In this document: in pieces, positions 1-11,899 of the stretch
How positions within the stretch are numbered: the stretch's first letter is position 1
Layout of the letters: each line of letters starts with the position of its first letter
Assembly: GCA_964106645.2 (NCBI GenBank)
Contig: OZ067044.1
Reading direction: 5' to 3' (one strand)
From: Podarcis pityusensis
Taxonomy: Eukaryota
DNA: 64,000 bases
Notes under the pieces: model-generated
The model's input: only the letters and a program-made list of their open reading frames with translations
What the model was told of the DNA's origin: nothing
The model's database searches: none
Made by a program: the position numbers and the translations under genes

Positions 1-899
1 TGGGGATGTTGAGGTCAGGGCTTGCATGTGCATCTCCACCCTCTCCTCACATTTGGCCCACATGCATTCAACTCAAATGCCTGAAGAAGGCTTGTGGGTT
101 CCTTAAGTGTCTAGAGAGGCCCAAGTTCCTTTGCATAATATGACGTTCCTGGATCGGGCTAATGACCCATTTAGTCTAACATCCTGCTCTCACAGTGGCT
201 AACCTACGGGAAGCCTGCAAGATAGACATGAGCATAAAGCCCTCTGCCCACCTGGGATTCCCAGCAACTGGTATTCAGAGACATAATGCTTCCAACAATG
301 GAGGTAGAACATAGTGATCATGACCACTGATAGCCTTATCCGCCATTAAGTTGTCTAATTCTCTTCCAAGTTGGTGGCCACCACTGCCTCTAGTTCTATA
401 GTTTAACTATCTATACACTGTGTGAAGAAGCATCTGGGGACATTTTCAGCCCTACCTGAATGTGCTGGGGATTGAACCAACTCAAACGATACTTGCACTG
501 AGAAATTTGGTGGGCAATCTGTTGTTGAGAAGTTGGGAACAACCAGTCAATGCAATTGTAGTTTTGCATTAGTCATTCAGACTGAGCTGATACATATGCA
601 GCCATATGTATACTAGTTTAAAAGTACTGGGATATTTCAGGGGACTCACAGAATTGAAGCCAGAAGAAGATAACAAGTGAGAGGGAGAAAAGCAGCAAGA
701 AATGTAGTTAGCTGCCCGAACTCCTGCATGATAAGAATTCACCATTTCTGTCTGCTTTTTAGGCTGCTTTTCAAGATAAGCAGCAAGCCTTGTTCCATCA
801 GTCGTAAAGCAGCCCCAATTTAGACAGAGGTTAAAAGGGATTATAATTTTCTTACAAGTCGATCCAGGGGCAAACTGGGCCTGATCTCCTTTACATCTG

Positions 900-2400
900 C
901 TTCAGGTTCTCAGCCTTATCTGGTTTGGGGGTGGGGGTGCCTTTTGTCTTTGCGGCTGCTCCCAAACCCCTATTAAACCCCTTTGCAAGTTGCTGAGTGG
1001 CAGGTATAGGGTATCTCTCTCCACAGCATAAAAGGGGACACAGAGAAGGGGTGGGTGGAAAAGGAAGGTAGGAACGGATGGAGGCGTCCAGAGTGGAGAG
1101 TTATTGCTGCAGACAGGCTCCCCCCCCCCAACCCAAGCCTGCCTGATTGACACCGTAAATCTATACGGGGAGGTTGTTTGAGGGGAGTATGTCAGATTGA
1201 CAGTGCAAATGTGTAACACACACACAGCCTGTGAGAGAGAGGAGTCTGCCGGCGGGTGGGAGAGCGCTGGCTGAGTGTTGGTCACACGGAGATTGAATTA
1301 CAGTTGAATTAGATCAGAGCTGTGGGAAACATCACCTCCTAAACACACACAGTCTGGGGGGGGGAGGAGGGAGAGAGGGAAAGAGAGGGACGGGGGGGGG
1401 GTGCAGCTGGGGCGAAGGCCTCCGCTCACAGAAGCTCAGAGCTAACTTAATTACTGGAGAGCGGCCTACCTCAGGCCGCCACCGCCTTGGGAGCCTTGCC
1501 TCTTTGAGGCTGAAAGGGCTCCCCGGTGGCAGGCCCAAGGCAGGCCAGGCCGCACTTCACACAAAACCTTTGTTTCCGTGCCGAGGGGGGGAGAGAGGGG
1601 CTGAGTGTGCGCCTCCAGGGGAGTGAAAACATCATTAGGGGGAGAGAGTATGAGAAAGATCTGCTGGGGGGCCCATCCAGCCCCGCAGCTGTAAAGGTCA
1701 GGCTCCAGAAGGGATTTGGGTGGCTTTAGCTGCTACCTTTTAAGATCAGTTGTTTTTATAGTGTTTTGCTCAGATTGCTGCAGGGAGGAGAGGCCTTCGC
1801 ACCCAAGCAGCTTCACACACCCCCTTGCAAGCTGGAGGAGAAGCGCCCTCCTATTAATCCCCACCACCCCAGAGTTTCCCCCCCTTTCCCGGTATGTTCC
1901 CTGGTGACAAACCAGGATTATGCACATGTCTCATGGTTGGGATCATTGCATGCGGCAAGCAGGGTGGGGGGAAGAAAGAGAGAGAGAGAGGACAGAAGAA
2001 AGCTGGAACCTTTTAAGCTCTATTAAGAAGAGGGCAAAAAGTCAGTTGGCGTCAAAATGAGCTCGCCCAGCAGGGATGAGAGCGGGATTTCCAGGAGACA
2101 GAGGGGCAGCATTTGTTTCCTCTGCTGGCACTGAAATGCTGGCCTGCCTGCAATGAAGTGCACAATGCATGGCATTCTCTAGTGCAATCGCACCTCGGCG
2201 CCTTAAAAAACGATCCTTTCTCTTTCAGTGTCAGTCTGCAAGGAGATTGGGGGTGGGAGGAGAGAAACGCACCAGGGTGGGGAGGAAGGAAACCGTCTCC
2301 CTCCAGCTCCTTTTCCCTCACCCTCCCCTTAATCTCCTGGGCTTGCACATGTCTTTGTGGGCAGGGATGAGAACCTGACCTCTAAACCCTCGTTAACAGA
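900..2400. promoter_or_regulatory. Candidate distal regulatory region, about 17-18.5 kb upstream of HEY1
   Basis: GC-rich block with no recognised repeat; TGATTGACA (1144), TGACAG (1198), RBPJ-type TGTGGGAA (1321-1328), GGCGCC (2197-2202). Confidence 0.5.
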
Positions 2401-5400
2401 ATATTGGGTTTGTTTTTATTATGCAACCCACTTTCAGGACAATCCTCCTTTATTTGACTTCCAATTGCCTTAGCTTGGCAAGAACTCTCTTTCTCTCTGT
2501 GTGTGCGCTTAAAAATTTGCTGCTATCAGGTGTGAATTTGACCAAGACTTAGCTGAACCATTTTGACAAACTTCAGCACTAGTTAATTTTTAAATTAGCA
2601 GTTGGGGGTGGGTACAGAACTTGCTTGGTAGTCACCTGCTTTGATTTTACTGGAGGTGGTTGTTCAGTGGTAAAAGGAAGAAAATTGTGCATTTCCTCGT
2701 TGGCACTGCCATCAGTGTTACGCTTTGGCATTCCCAGAGGGTAAGCTCTGGAACTCAACCCTGGCACAAATCAAGCCCCAAGCCTAAGTTCAGAGTATTT
2801 GCCAGTACTGCTGATTATTCAGTCAAAGGAGGCTCTTGTCCATTCAGTGTGCTGGGAAGACATTCAACAGCTGCCATGGCAGGAGACAGTAGACTTAGCC
2901 TACCAGAGTCTGCAACTTCTGGTATTTCAGATATCCCCAACATCAATGAAGACATGAGGGTGGGACAGCTAGATGAACATCTGATGGAGTGGACCCTAGT
3001 TTGCGAGACATGCCAAGAGTGACTAACTTGTGGCCTTCCACAATTGCCATCACCCCATACCATTCACTGGTAGTGCTGGCTGTGGCTGATGAAAGCTGTA
3101 GTCCAAAATGTCCAGGAGAAGGCTGCTTTTTTTTAGTTCTTCTTAGGCAGTGTAACTTAGCATCTGAACTATTTTGGATCATCTCTGTCTGATTTTCCTG
3201 GGAACAAGTCAGAGGTTATTCTTGTAACATGGCCTGCTTCATCTGAACTTTCATTTTGCAAAGAAATCCTTGAACGCTTGAAGCTGTCTTGTATCCGTTC
3301 AGTCCCATCTCACTCAGGACTATTCATTCCATTTGGCAAAAGTTATAAACGGTCTCAAGCAGAAGTCTTTCTTAGCCCTGCTTCCTGAAATCCTTTACCT
3401 TCAGATGTTAGGAATAGGACATGGTCTCTTCTGTTTCCAAAGCATGTTCCCCAGCAGCAATCTAAAGTCATTTGTTGTTGTATGAGTCAGACTTACTCTT
3501 ACACTGTGGCATAAGTTTACATTTTTGTCTTGACTGATACTTCTTTTTGTTGACAAGCATTCAGCTTTGGCTCCTTCTAGAACACTCATAAAAATGTACA
3601 GCTTGTCGCCAAATGGGCCGGAATATAGATTACAGGAAAGTATGACTAACCTAATTTCCACATTTGCTTAAGCATCAGAGCACTCCAATATATATATAGT
3701 ACTCTGGCAGTCAGAGGGATAGGGTGGCCCTAAGCTCAGTTGATTTAGAGCTGAGCAACGTGTAAATCAGATACAGAATTCAGTCCTTTGATGTGAACAG
3801 GGACCAAGGGACTGAAATTGGTCTGTAAGAGGGAGATTACCCCATATTACAATACTGCAAAGTCAGTTACTTGTTTCCTATGCAAGTACTGTAGAAAAAA
3901 GATACTCCTGAAATGGTGCTGCATGTTTTGCATTTAATCGGTAATGGCACACAGGAGTTTCTGCGCACTTATCCATTGAAGCTGGCAGGCTGATGACATC
4001 AGGAAACTATGAGTGTCCTACAGCTGCTTGGCCTGCTCCAGATCATATATCTCCTTTGGAAAACCCAGACCAGGTGTCAAAAAAGAGGAGAAAGGAAGAG
4101 TCTGTGTGAGCAACCAATTGGAATGGCCGTCTTCTGAAAGCACCACCAGGAATGTATGAAAACATAAACCCTCTTCAGGCGTTCTTTATTTGAGTTCAGT
4201 AAGCATGTGCACTAGCTCTGCCCCCAACCCTTTGCCATTCCTGTTGCCTTCCATGAGTTGGGAGGGCAAACTTGTGAACTTGAAAATCAGGGTTCTAAAA
4301 TGCATGGGGAATCTTCCACAGGAACCTTCTCCATGAGTACAGAAGATAATCAGCAGCCCATGAACTTGATCAAAACAGTGATGTGTATGTGAGAAAAAGA
4401 GAGTGCTTGCAAATTCATCCACATTGGCCCCATCATCTGTTCACCCAACTTGAATGATGCTGGAAGAGGCCAATAGTGAGAGTAGAAACAAGTCTGCTGA
4501 TCTTAGCTACTTCGGACTGACTTGGGGACATTTTGCTATTCTGTCCTACCAGCTTCAGCTGATTCTTCTAAAAAATGAGCTTTCTACAGTACTGGGGAGT
4601 TAGGGAGTGGCGAGAATGATGTAGAAATCTGCTCTGCCCTTGTGCACTATATGCTTCTAAAATAATTAAATCAGTTTAATTGTCAGCTCTTTCCCAAAGA
4701 ATCCTAGGTAATGCTAAAGATCCACAGCCTTCCTTGCAAGGTTTCACAAAAGGGTCTTACATCCATATGTGGTGATTTTGCAAATCTGTTTACCCATTTT
4801 GGGTTTTGGCATTTAAAGAATTGAGCTTAATATACAAAACAGACCTACAACCTTTCCTTCAACTTGATTTACTTGGAATAAAGGACATGTCTATTCCACT
4901 AATGGTTCATAAAGGACTTTTAATGTTTCTCCTTGTGGCAGCATATATGGAAATAGCAATGCAATGGTGCAGTGTCTTGGGCTTGAACATTGAAGCATAG
5001 TGATCCAGAGAATGGACAGTAACCCTGGCTGAAAAGCTGATGTGCCATATTTATGCAACTGAAGGGTATTCTAACTCCCATCTTTTTAAATAGTGTGTGG
5101 CAACCATTTTTGTATTATATGCGTCAAGAAGATTGTGTTTATAACCTCCTACGATCTCAATGCAATATGTGGAAAGGTTTTTTGGAGTAAACTGTAGGAA
5201 TTTGATAAAGCAAAGTGGTTGATGTGTTGTGAATTGTTTTCTGTGTGATGTGCATAATTTTTAAAAATAAAAATAAATAAAAGCATAAAACACACACACA
5301 AAGGTGGGTCAAGAGAGATGGTGAAAGGGCTGTACTCTTCCCATTTTTCAAATACTGCCATTCCAAGGATGGAACTGCAAACCAAGAGATACTAAATAGG

Positions 5401-5632
5401 TAGACACCCCTCATGTTCCACATGGAATGCACTGTCTGAGGGAAGTGTTGCAATTTCTCAGGCAACACACAGGACCCTCACAGCAGAAGCACCATCTTGA
5501 CATATGCAGATCATGTGTGTCAAACAAGTGTTTATTTGCAGCCATGGTTGCAAGGGAAGAATTAGGAGCTCAGTGTGGTAAGTGCTGAAGTTTCAATCAA
5601 CTGATGTCATAGGTGCCCTCCTTAAACCATTA

Positions 5633-5920
5633 GGTAAAGGTAAAGGACCCCTGGACGGTTAAGTCCAGTGAAAGGAGACTATGGGGTTGTGGCGCTCATC
5701 TTGCTTCAGGCCGAGGCAGTTTACCTTCCCACCACTGTGGTATCTATTTATCTACTTACACGGGCGTGCTTTTGAACTGCTAAGTTGGCAGAAGCTGGGA
5801 CAGAGCAAAGGGAGCTCACCCCAGTGCAGATTTGAACTGCCGTCCTTCCAATTGGCAAGCCCAAGAGACTCAGTGGTTTGAAAGCACACCAGTGCAAGTA
5901 GATAAACAGGTACCTTTACC
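5633..5920 (-). mobile_element. Rearranged Sauria SINE (internal deletion plus an inverted fragment)
   Basis: GGTAAAGGTAAAGGACCCC tail, GGTA(T/C)CTATTTATCTACTT core, GGGAGCTCACCCC head region; flanked by CTTAAACCATTA / CTTAAGCCATTA. Confidence 0.85.
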
Positions 5921-6859
5921 TTAAGCCATTAAAAAGGGAGGTGGCTTTAAGTCTCTTCCCTGCCCTGCTACAAATACGGTCATATTTTTTATTGTGTGGA
6001 GCATTATTTTTTAAAGGGATGTATATGTTTGCACATTTTACTGAAACTAATTTTAAATGTGATATATGTTTGTGGTGGGGGAAGGGAATCAAGACTTTTC
6101 AGCGGAGAAACAAATGAAACGCCTCTCTATAGCAGGTTGGTAAAGAACAAACAGCGGCAGCTGTCGGAGGCAGCTCAGAAGTTTGGAATGTTAGAAGCTG
6201 ATCCAGCTGGAGTGGATTAGTGAAATGTGTGGAGGTGAGGCAGTCAAAGGTGCACCATAAATTAATTTTATTGCACACATGGTAGCGTGACAACTTACTG
6301 TACTCTTCTCTTTATGTAGCACAGGCAGACATTTCGGAGGCTGGAGAACTACCTGTTTGACCCATGGTTACCATCTCCTCTGGCAGATTCCTGTGCCTAT
6401 AGTTGCTGTGTGACAAACAGGAAGTCAGCAGGTGGTTTTCCTCTTGAAATCTGCATGCCGGGAAATGCTTTGGCTTTTTCAAAATTTCTTCTAGCTGTGC
6501 AGCTGTTAGAGGAGTCAAGCTGCATAAAGAGGGGGCAACCCTAATGTGACCTAATGAAATACTGGCTGACGAGATTACTAGTAACCTGGCTAGGTTGCTA
6601 GAGCAACAAGGAGGAAGCAAGTAAGGAAGTGTGGGTGTGCTTATTTAGTAATTAATTGTCTTTATGGCAAGCCTTAATTAAAGACCAAGGCGGAGGGGAA
6701 TTGGTAGGATCCAGCCAAAGTGAAACACCTTTCAGCCTCACTACTGAGAGAAAGCTGGGCATCTGGTTACAACCTCATCCCCTCATTGAAACCAATCACT
6801 TTCCCTTGCAAACATCTCCATGAGTTTTCTGTATATGAAAAAAGATAATTTTCTAACAG

Positions 6860-7488
6860 AGAGGTGGGGAACCCAGTGGGGCACATTCCTTTCTGGGCTC
6901 CACATGTCAGTGGTAGGTGAAGACAGAGGTAAAATGTGGGATGGCCAGAGGTTAAAGTGGACAGGATAACAAATGTGAATTCTGTCTTTATATGGGAGGC
7001 TAGTTTCTATACACACTCACACAACTCTTTTTATTGTGCATTAAGTCAACCAACCAAGAGGCATTATCAGAGGTCAAGAACAAATTCCAGCCAGGCAAAA
7101 GAAGAAGAAGAGTTTGGATTTGATATCCCGCTTTATCACTACCCTAAGGAGTCTCAAAGCGGCTAACATTCTCCTTTCCCTTCTTCCCCCACAACAAACA
7201 CTCTGTGAGGTGAGTGGGGGTGAGAGACTTCAAAGAAGTGTGACTGGCCCAAAGGTCACCCAGCAGCTGCATGTGGAGGAGCGGGGAAGCGAACCCAGTT
7301 CACCAGATTACGAGTCCACCGCTCTTAACCACTACACCACACTGGCCCAACCAAAAGCAATAAAGGAGGGTATTAAGAAGGACCAGTGATGGATGTGAAC
7401 TGAGGAATGGGCTTGGCCTAGGCAGAGTCTCAAGGGCCAGATAAAGACACCCACATTTTGCCCTCAAGCCTGAGGCTGCCCACCCATT
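6860..7488. mobile_element. Degenerate hAT-like non-autonomous element (same family as 10530-10859 and about 56950-57268), interrupted by a SINE
   Basis: Shares ACAAATGTGAATT, GCTAGTTT and ATTCCAGCCAGGCAAAA blocks with the 10.5 kb copy. Confidence 0.65.
7099..7346 (-). mobile_element. tRNA-headed squamate SINE (Squam3-like), near full length
   Basis: Minus strand begins GCCAGTGTGGTGTAGTGGTTAAGAGC (A box) ... GGGTTCGCTTCCCC (B box) and ends in a (CTT)n tail. Confidence 0.8.
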
Positions 7489-7665
7489 TTCACAGCTGCC
7501 TCCCACAGAGAGACTTGAGACTGACTCACCTTGGCCAATAAAAAATGTTAAATGTTTTTTGATCAAACCCCCCCCCATTCTGATTAGCTGTTGCTTTAAG
7601 GCAAAACCATAGCGATAAATGTGTGTGCAGTAATCAGACAGTAAGCCTACAACAGTTTAACCATA

Positions 7666-8020
7666 CAGTGGTGCCTCGCAAGACGAAATTAATTCGTTCC
7701 GCGAGTTTTGTCGTCTTGCGATTTTTTTCGTCTTGCGAAGCACGGTGTCGGGAAAGTTTTGGAAAAGCTTCAAAAATCACCAAAGTCTTTAAAAACCTCA
7801 AAAAAGGCTACCACACCGCGTTCTATGAGTTGCTCCTTGAAGTCAAGTCGCAACTGTATTAACGGTGTTAAGAAAAAGGAAACAAACTTGCAAGACGTTT
7901 CCGTCTTGCGAAGCAAGCCCATAGGGAAAATCGTCTTGCGAAGCAGCTCAAAAAACAAAAAACCATTTCGTCTAGCGAGTTTTTTGTCTTGTGAGGCATT
8001 CGTCTTGCAAGGTACCACTG
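7666..8020. mobile_element. Tc1/mariner (Tigger/pogo-like) MITE, 355 bp
   Basis: TIRs CAGTGGTGCCTCGCAAGACGAA / TTCGTCTTGCAAGGTACCACTG, TA on both sides, internal CGTCTTGCGA repeats. Confidence 0.92.
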
Positions 8021-9114
8021 TAATTTAAATGGTCCCCTTTTAGCCCCTTATTCACATGACTTGCCCTTTCGAGCCAAGAATCTTTGTATTATGGATGATC
8101 TGGGTTATCTGAAATGATTTAAACAAAATGGTCCTTAATCAGAAAAAGAAGTCAGTGCAATTCTGTAGATGCCTATTAAAGCAAGTCACTAGGACTTATC
8201 CCCAGGTACGTGTGTAGAGGATTGCAACCCGAATCAGGTTCACATTAGTCTATATGGCAACAGTAATTTCTCCCGGTGACATGGAAGCAATTAAGCTCCT
8301 CGCTACTGGTTTTCGCCTGGGGTAAGTGCTTTGTTTAGTTCCTCGTAGATTAGTACAACTGCTCTACTATCCAGAAATATTTCCTGTAGGCCCTGCTGTT
8401 TGCATCTGAAGCACTCTGGGGCCACTTATCAGACCACACAAATTGTAATTATTTCCCAAATAGCAAGACAAGCATTCCAGATCTGTAATGAGCTCAATAA
8501 GAAGAATGCCATGAGTGGAGACGGGAGGAGGTCTTCATAAAGCCCATAGACTGACAAAACAGCACATCTAAAGGAAATGCAATAATAACAGAATCAGGAA
8601 TATGATGAGAAAACAATTGGGGGAATTACATCCACCTACTTGGCTGTTGCGGCAAAATTGAGGGGTGGGCAGAAGGTCTCCTTTCAGCTTCCCATGTATA
8701 GTTTCATAAACTTAAACTGCCCAATTCTGCTGATACTTTCTGTTTTAAAATAAAATACAGAAACAGTGGGCAATCCAGTTTTAACATGCATGTCTTGACT
8801 TGGATACACCCCTTTGCATTAGCAGGGTATAAGCTTTCTGCCCAGGAATCAGCATAACTTCATGTCAGTTCAGATCCTGTTTTTGCTAAACAGGTATCTT
8901 TACCATAATTTGTTCGGCATGTGACTCCCCCTCCTCGTAAATGCCACATATTGCTTGTGCAGTCTGTTTTTAATACTATATTCTGCCCCAGTTTGCGTCT
9001 CAGCTTCCATTTTCCCTTTTACTAAAATTAGCACCTTTCCAAATTACCAATAACCTTAGCCATGGTCATTTGGACAAACCTTTCAATCCCTTTCATCCTG
9101 TCCTTTGTTCTAGC

Positions 9115-9162
9115 TCTTCTTCTTCTTCTTCTTCTTCTTCTTCTTCTTCTTCTTCTTCTTCT
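9115..9162. repeat. (CTT)n microsatellite
   Basis: Direct observation. Confidence 0.97.
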
Positions 9163-9510
9163 TTAAAAAAGGTGTTTTAACCTGCTTTAGGACAGGGCGG
9201 CCTGCCTGTTTATATTTAGCAAATTTATAAATCGCTCTTCACCAGATTAATATGTTATGACCATATTCTAAAACATTTCATGGGCTAAAACATTTAGAAC
9301 ATAAGGCAAAATGTCAATTAAATATCTATATGGCAGCAGTGAACAAAGAAAGCAGATTCCACCAATTAGCAAGAGATGCCAGGGCAAAAAGGTGTGCCAC
9401 TAATTTTGATTCATGACCCACTTCAGAGGGGAGGTCATTCCATAGGCATGAAGCCACTACAGAGAAGGTCCTCCTGCACAACTGCAGACCTCACTGGGGG
9501 TGGGGGCAGA

Positions 9511-9903
9511 GGTAAAAAAAAGAAGAAGGTGGTAAAGGACACCTGGACTGTTAGATTCAGTCAAAGGCGACTATGGGGTACAGCACTCATCTCGCTTCAG
9601 GCCAAAGGAGCCAGCATTTGTACACAGACAGCTTTCTGGGCCATGTGGCCAGCATGACTAAATCACTTCTGGTGAAATGGAACACCGTGACGGAAACCAG
9701 AGCACATGGAAACACTGTTTACCTTCCTGCCACAGAGGTACCTATTTAACTACTTGCGCTGGTATGCTTTCAGATTGCTAGGTTGGCAGGAGCGGGAACA
9801 TAGCAACGGGAGCTCACCCTGTCATACGGATTCGAACCGCCGACCTTCCAATCGGCAAACCCAAGAGGCTCGGTGGTTTAAACCACAGTGCCACCTACGT
9901 CCC
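9511..9903 (-). mobile_element. Sauria SINE, near full length
   Basis: Colinear with the copies at 12660, 32114 and 60820; head ...GTGGTTTAAACCACAGTGCCACCTACGTCCC on +. Confidence 0.92.
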
Positions 9904-9944
9904 TTTATGGTAGAATCTGCTGATCATGGTCAGCTATGCATGGG

Positions 9945-10520
9945 GTATTTGACACATTCTTTCAAATATTTGAGCCCCAAGGCATTTAGGGCTTTGTATG
10001 TCATCATACGTGCCTGGAATTGGGCCTGGAACGTAACTGGCAAGCAGCATGATTGTACGAGAACTGGTCTTATATGTGCCTGACTCGTGGTACCCATTTG
10101 TATTCTAGCTGCCAGAGTTTACAGTAGTCCAACTTGGAAGTTATCAGGCCATGGATAACTCTAGGAATGACCATAGCTGGAGAATGAGCCAGAGCTTGGA
10201 TTAAGCACCCTTAGCCACTGAAGCTACCTGGGCTTCAAGTGACAATGCTGGCTTCAGGAGCACCCACAAACTACACATCTGCTCTTTCAATGACAGGAGA
10301 TTTCTCTCAATCCTTGGCCTGACAGTCTTCCCCACCTGACACCTGCATCTTGTCTGGCTTTAGCTTCAAGTTATTGGCCCACATCCAACGTATTACCACC
10401 TCTAGGCACTAGTTCAGCACCTGCATGGCCTCCCTTCATTCCATTGGAAGAGAATTGGGTGTCCTATGTATAGTCATAATGCCTTGTTTCAAATCCCTTG
10501 ATGACTGCTCCTAACAGCTT
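9945..10520 (-). mobile_element. Old L2-type LINE fragment
   Basis: GGCATTTAGGGCTTTGTATGTCAT...GAATTGGGCCTGGAA block resembles the younger L2 copy at 12255-12320. Confidence 0.55.
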
Positions 10521-10529
10521 AATATAATT

Positions 10530-10859
10530 CAGGGATGAAGAAACTTTTTCAACTTGAGGGTCTTCTGGGCACTTCCTTCCAGTAGTGAGCAAGGCCAGAA
10601 CCAAATGTGGACAGAGCAACAAATGTGAATTTTATCTTTGTACTTTAAGCTAGTTTACACACATACACACACACCTCTATCATCCATTCAGGCACATAAG
10701 AATCATTAACAGAGTTCAAGGACACATTCCAGCCAGGCAAAAACTCTCAAGGAGGGTGTGGAGCAAGGCTGGAGATGGTGTGTAGCCTTGGAAAAGTCCC
10801 AATTACCAAATATTTGCCACCTGAACCCCATCCCCCAGGCCTGAGGTTCCCCATCCCTG
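10530..10859. mobile_element. hAT-like MITE, 330 bp
   Basis: Termini CAGGGATG / CATCCCTG; 8-bp target duplication ATATAATT / ATATAGTT (7/8). Confidence 0.85.
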
Positions 10860-11596
10860 ATATAGTTGTCAAATAGTCTAAGACTGAACCCTGTGGGACC
10901 CTGCAGGACAGGTTTCATGGGACCAAGCAGCAGTATCCTATTCTTATTCTCTGAAAATGACCCTGGAGGCAGGAGTGAAATTGCTGCAAAACTAGGCTTC
11001 CAGCACACACAAATCCTGGAGGTGCTCCAGGAGGATACAGTGGCTAGTGATATCTAAAACATACCTTTGATAGAGAAAATCAGAGATCCATAGGTAGGAG
11101 GGTTATACTAAGACCAGAAGCAGCACCATGGGAGACCATTAAGTGTCAAGCATCATGGGAGACCACCTTAGTGTGAATGCTGAAATCCCGCAACACCACC
11201 TCTGCTAGCTCAGCCTGGGAAACTGACAGCCAGAGAAATGGGTGACACACCAGCAGCATCCTCAAATCCAGTCTCAGAGTGGATTGGCTTTCTGGTAAGA
11301 ATGATAGAATGTTTATAACAATGGTTCTAGATTGGACTTGTGTTTCAGTCCACACAACTTGCCCACTTAGGTCTTTGTAACGCATACCATGTGGGCCCTG
11401 TCCTACATAATTGAATCAGGAAGTATAGATGACTTACTGTGAAGTGACCTGGCATTTCATAACACCCACCAAGCGAGGGGTTGACTAACATGGACAACCC
11501 AACTTTGATAGCTGTGGGGTGGTCCAGGAGGCACAATGGACTTCATGTATATAACACCCCTTCTTCGAGGTGACCTTGACTACTGATGATCACAGT

Positions 11597-11800
11597 ATGA
11601 ACATAAGAGCCTGTTGGATCAGGACTATAGTTTATCTAGTCCAGCTTCCTGTTCTCACAGTGGCCAACCAGATGCCTGTGGGAGATGTGCAAGCAGAACC
11701 CAAGCACAAGAACATTCTACCCTCCTGTGGTTTCCAACAGCTAGTATTCAGAAGCATTACTGCCTCTGACCAACAATAATATCCCATTGCCCATAACCAC
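11597..11800 (-). mobile_element. CR1-type LINE 3' remnant (related copies at about 135-430 and 54640-54830)
   Basis: GAACATAAGAGCCTGTTGGATCAGG...TCTAGTCCAGC...TCTCACAGTGGCCAACCAGATGCC recurs at three places in the window; family name is from recall. Confidence 0.65.
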
Positions 11801-11868
11801 TGTAAGGGTGGCCTCCATGTACCTCTGCTCAGGGCTATTTTTCTAGAAAAAGAGATGCTGGAACATGT

Positions 11869-11869
<1 letters not shown>

Positions 11870-11899
<30 letters not shown>

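Noticed and set aside
7270-7346. tRNA-like sequence with A and B boxes
   Set aside because: It is the head of a SINE, continuous with the body and (CTT)n tail, not a tRNA gene
7690-8010. Regularly recurring CGTCTTGCGA motif, superficially array-like
   Set aside because: Internal repeats of a mariner-type MITE in a vertebrate genome; not CRISPR
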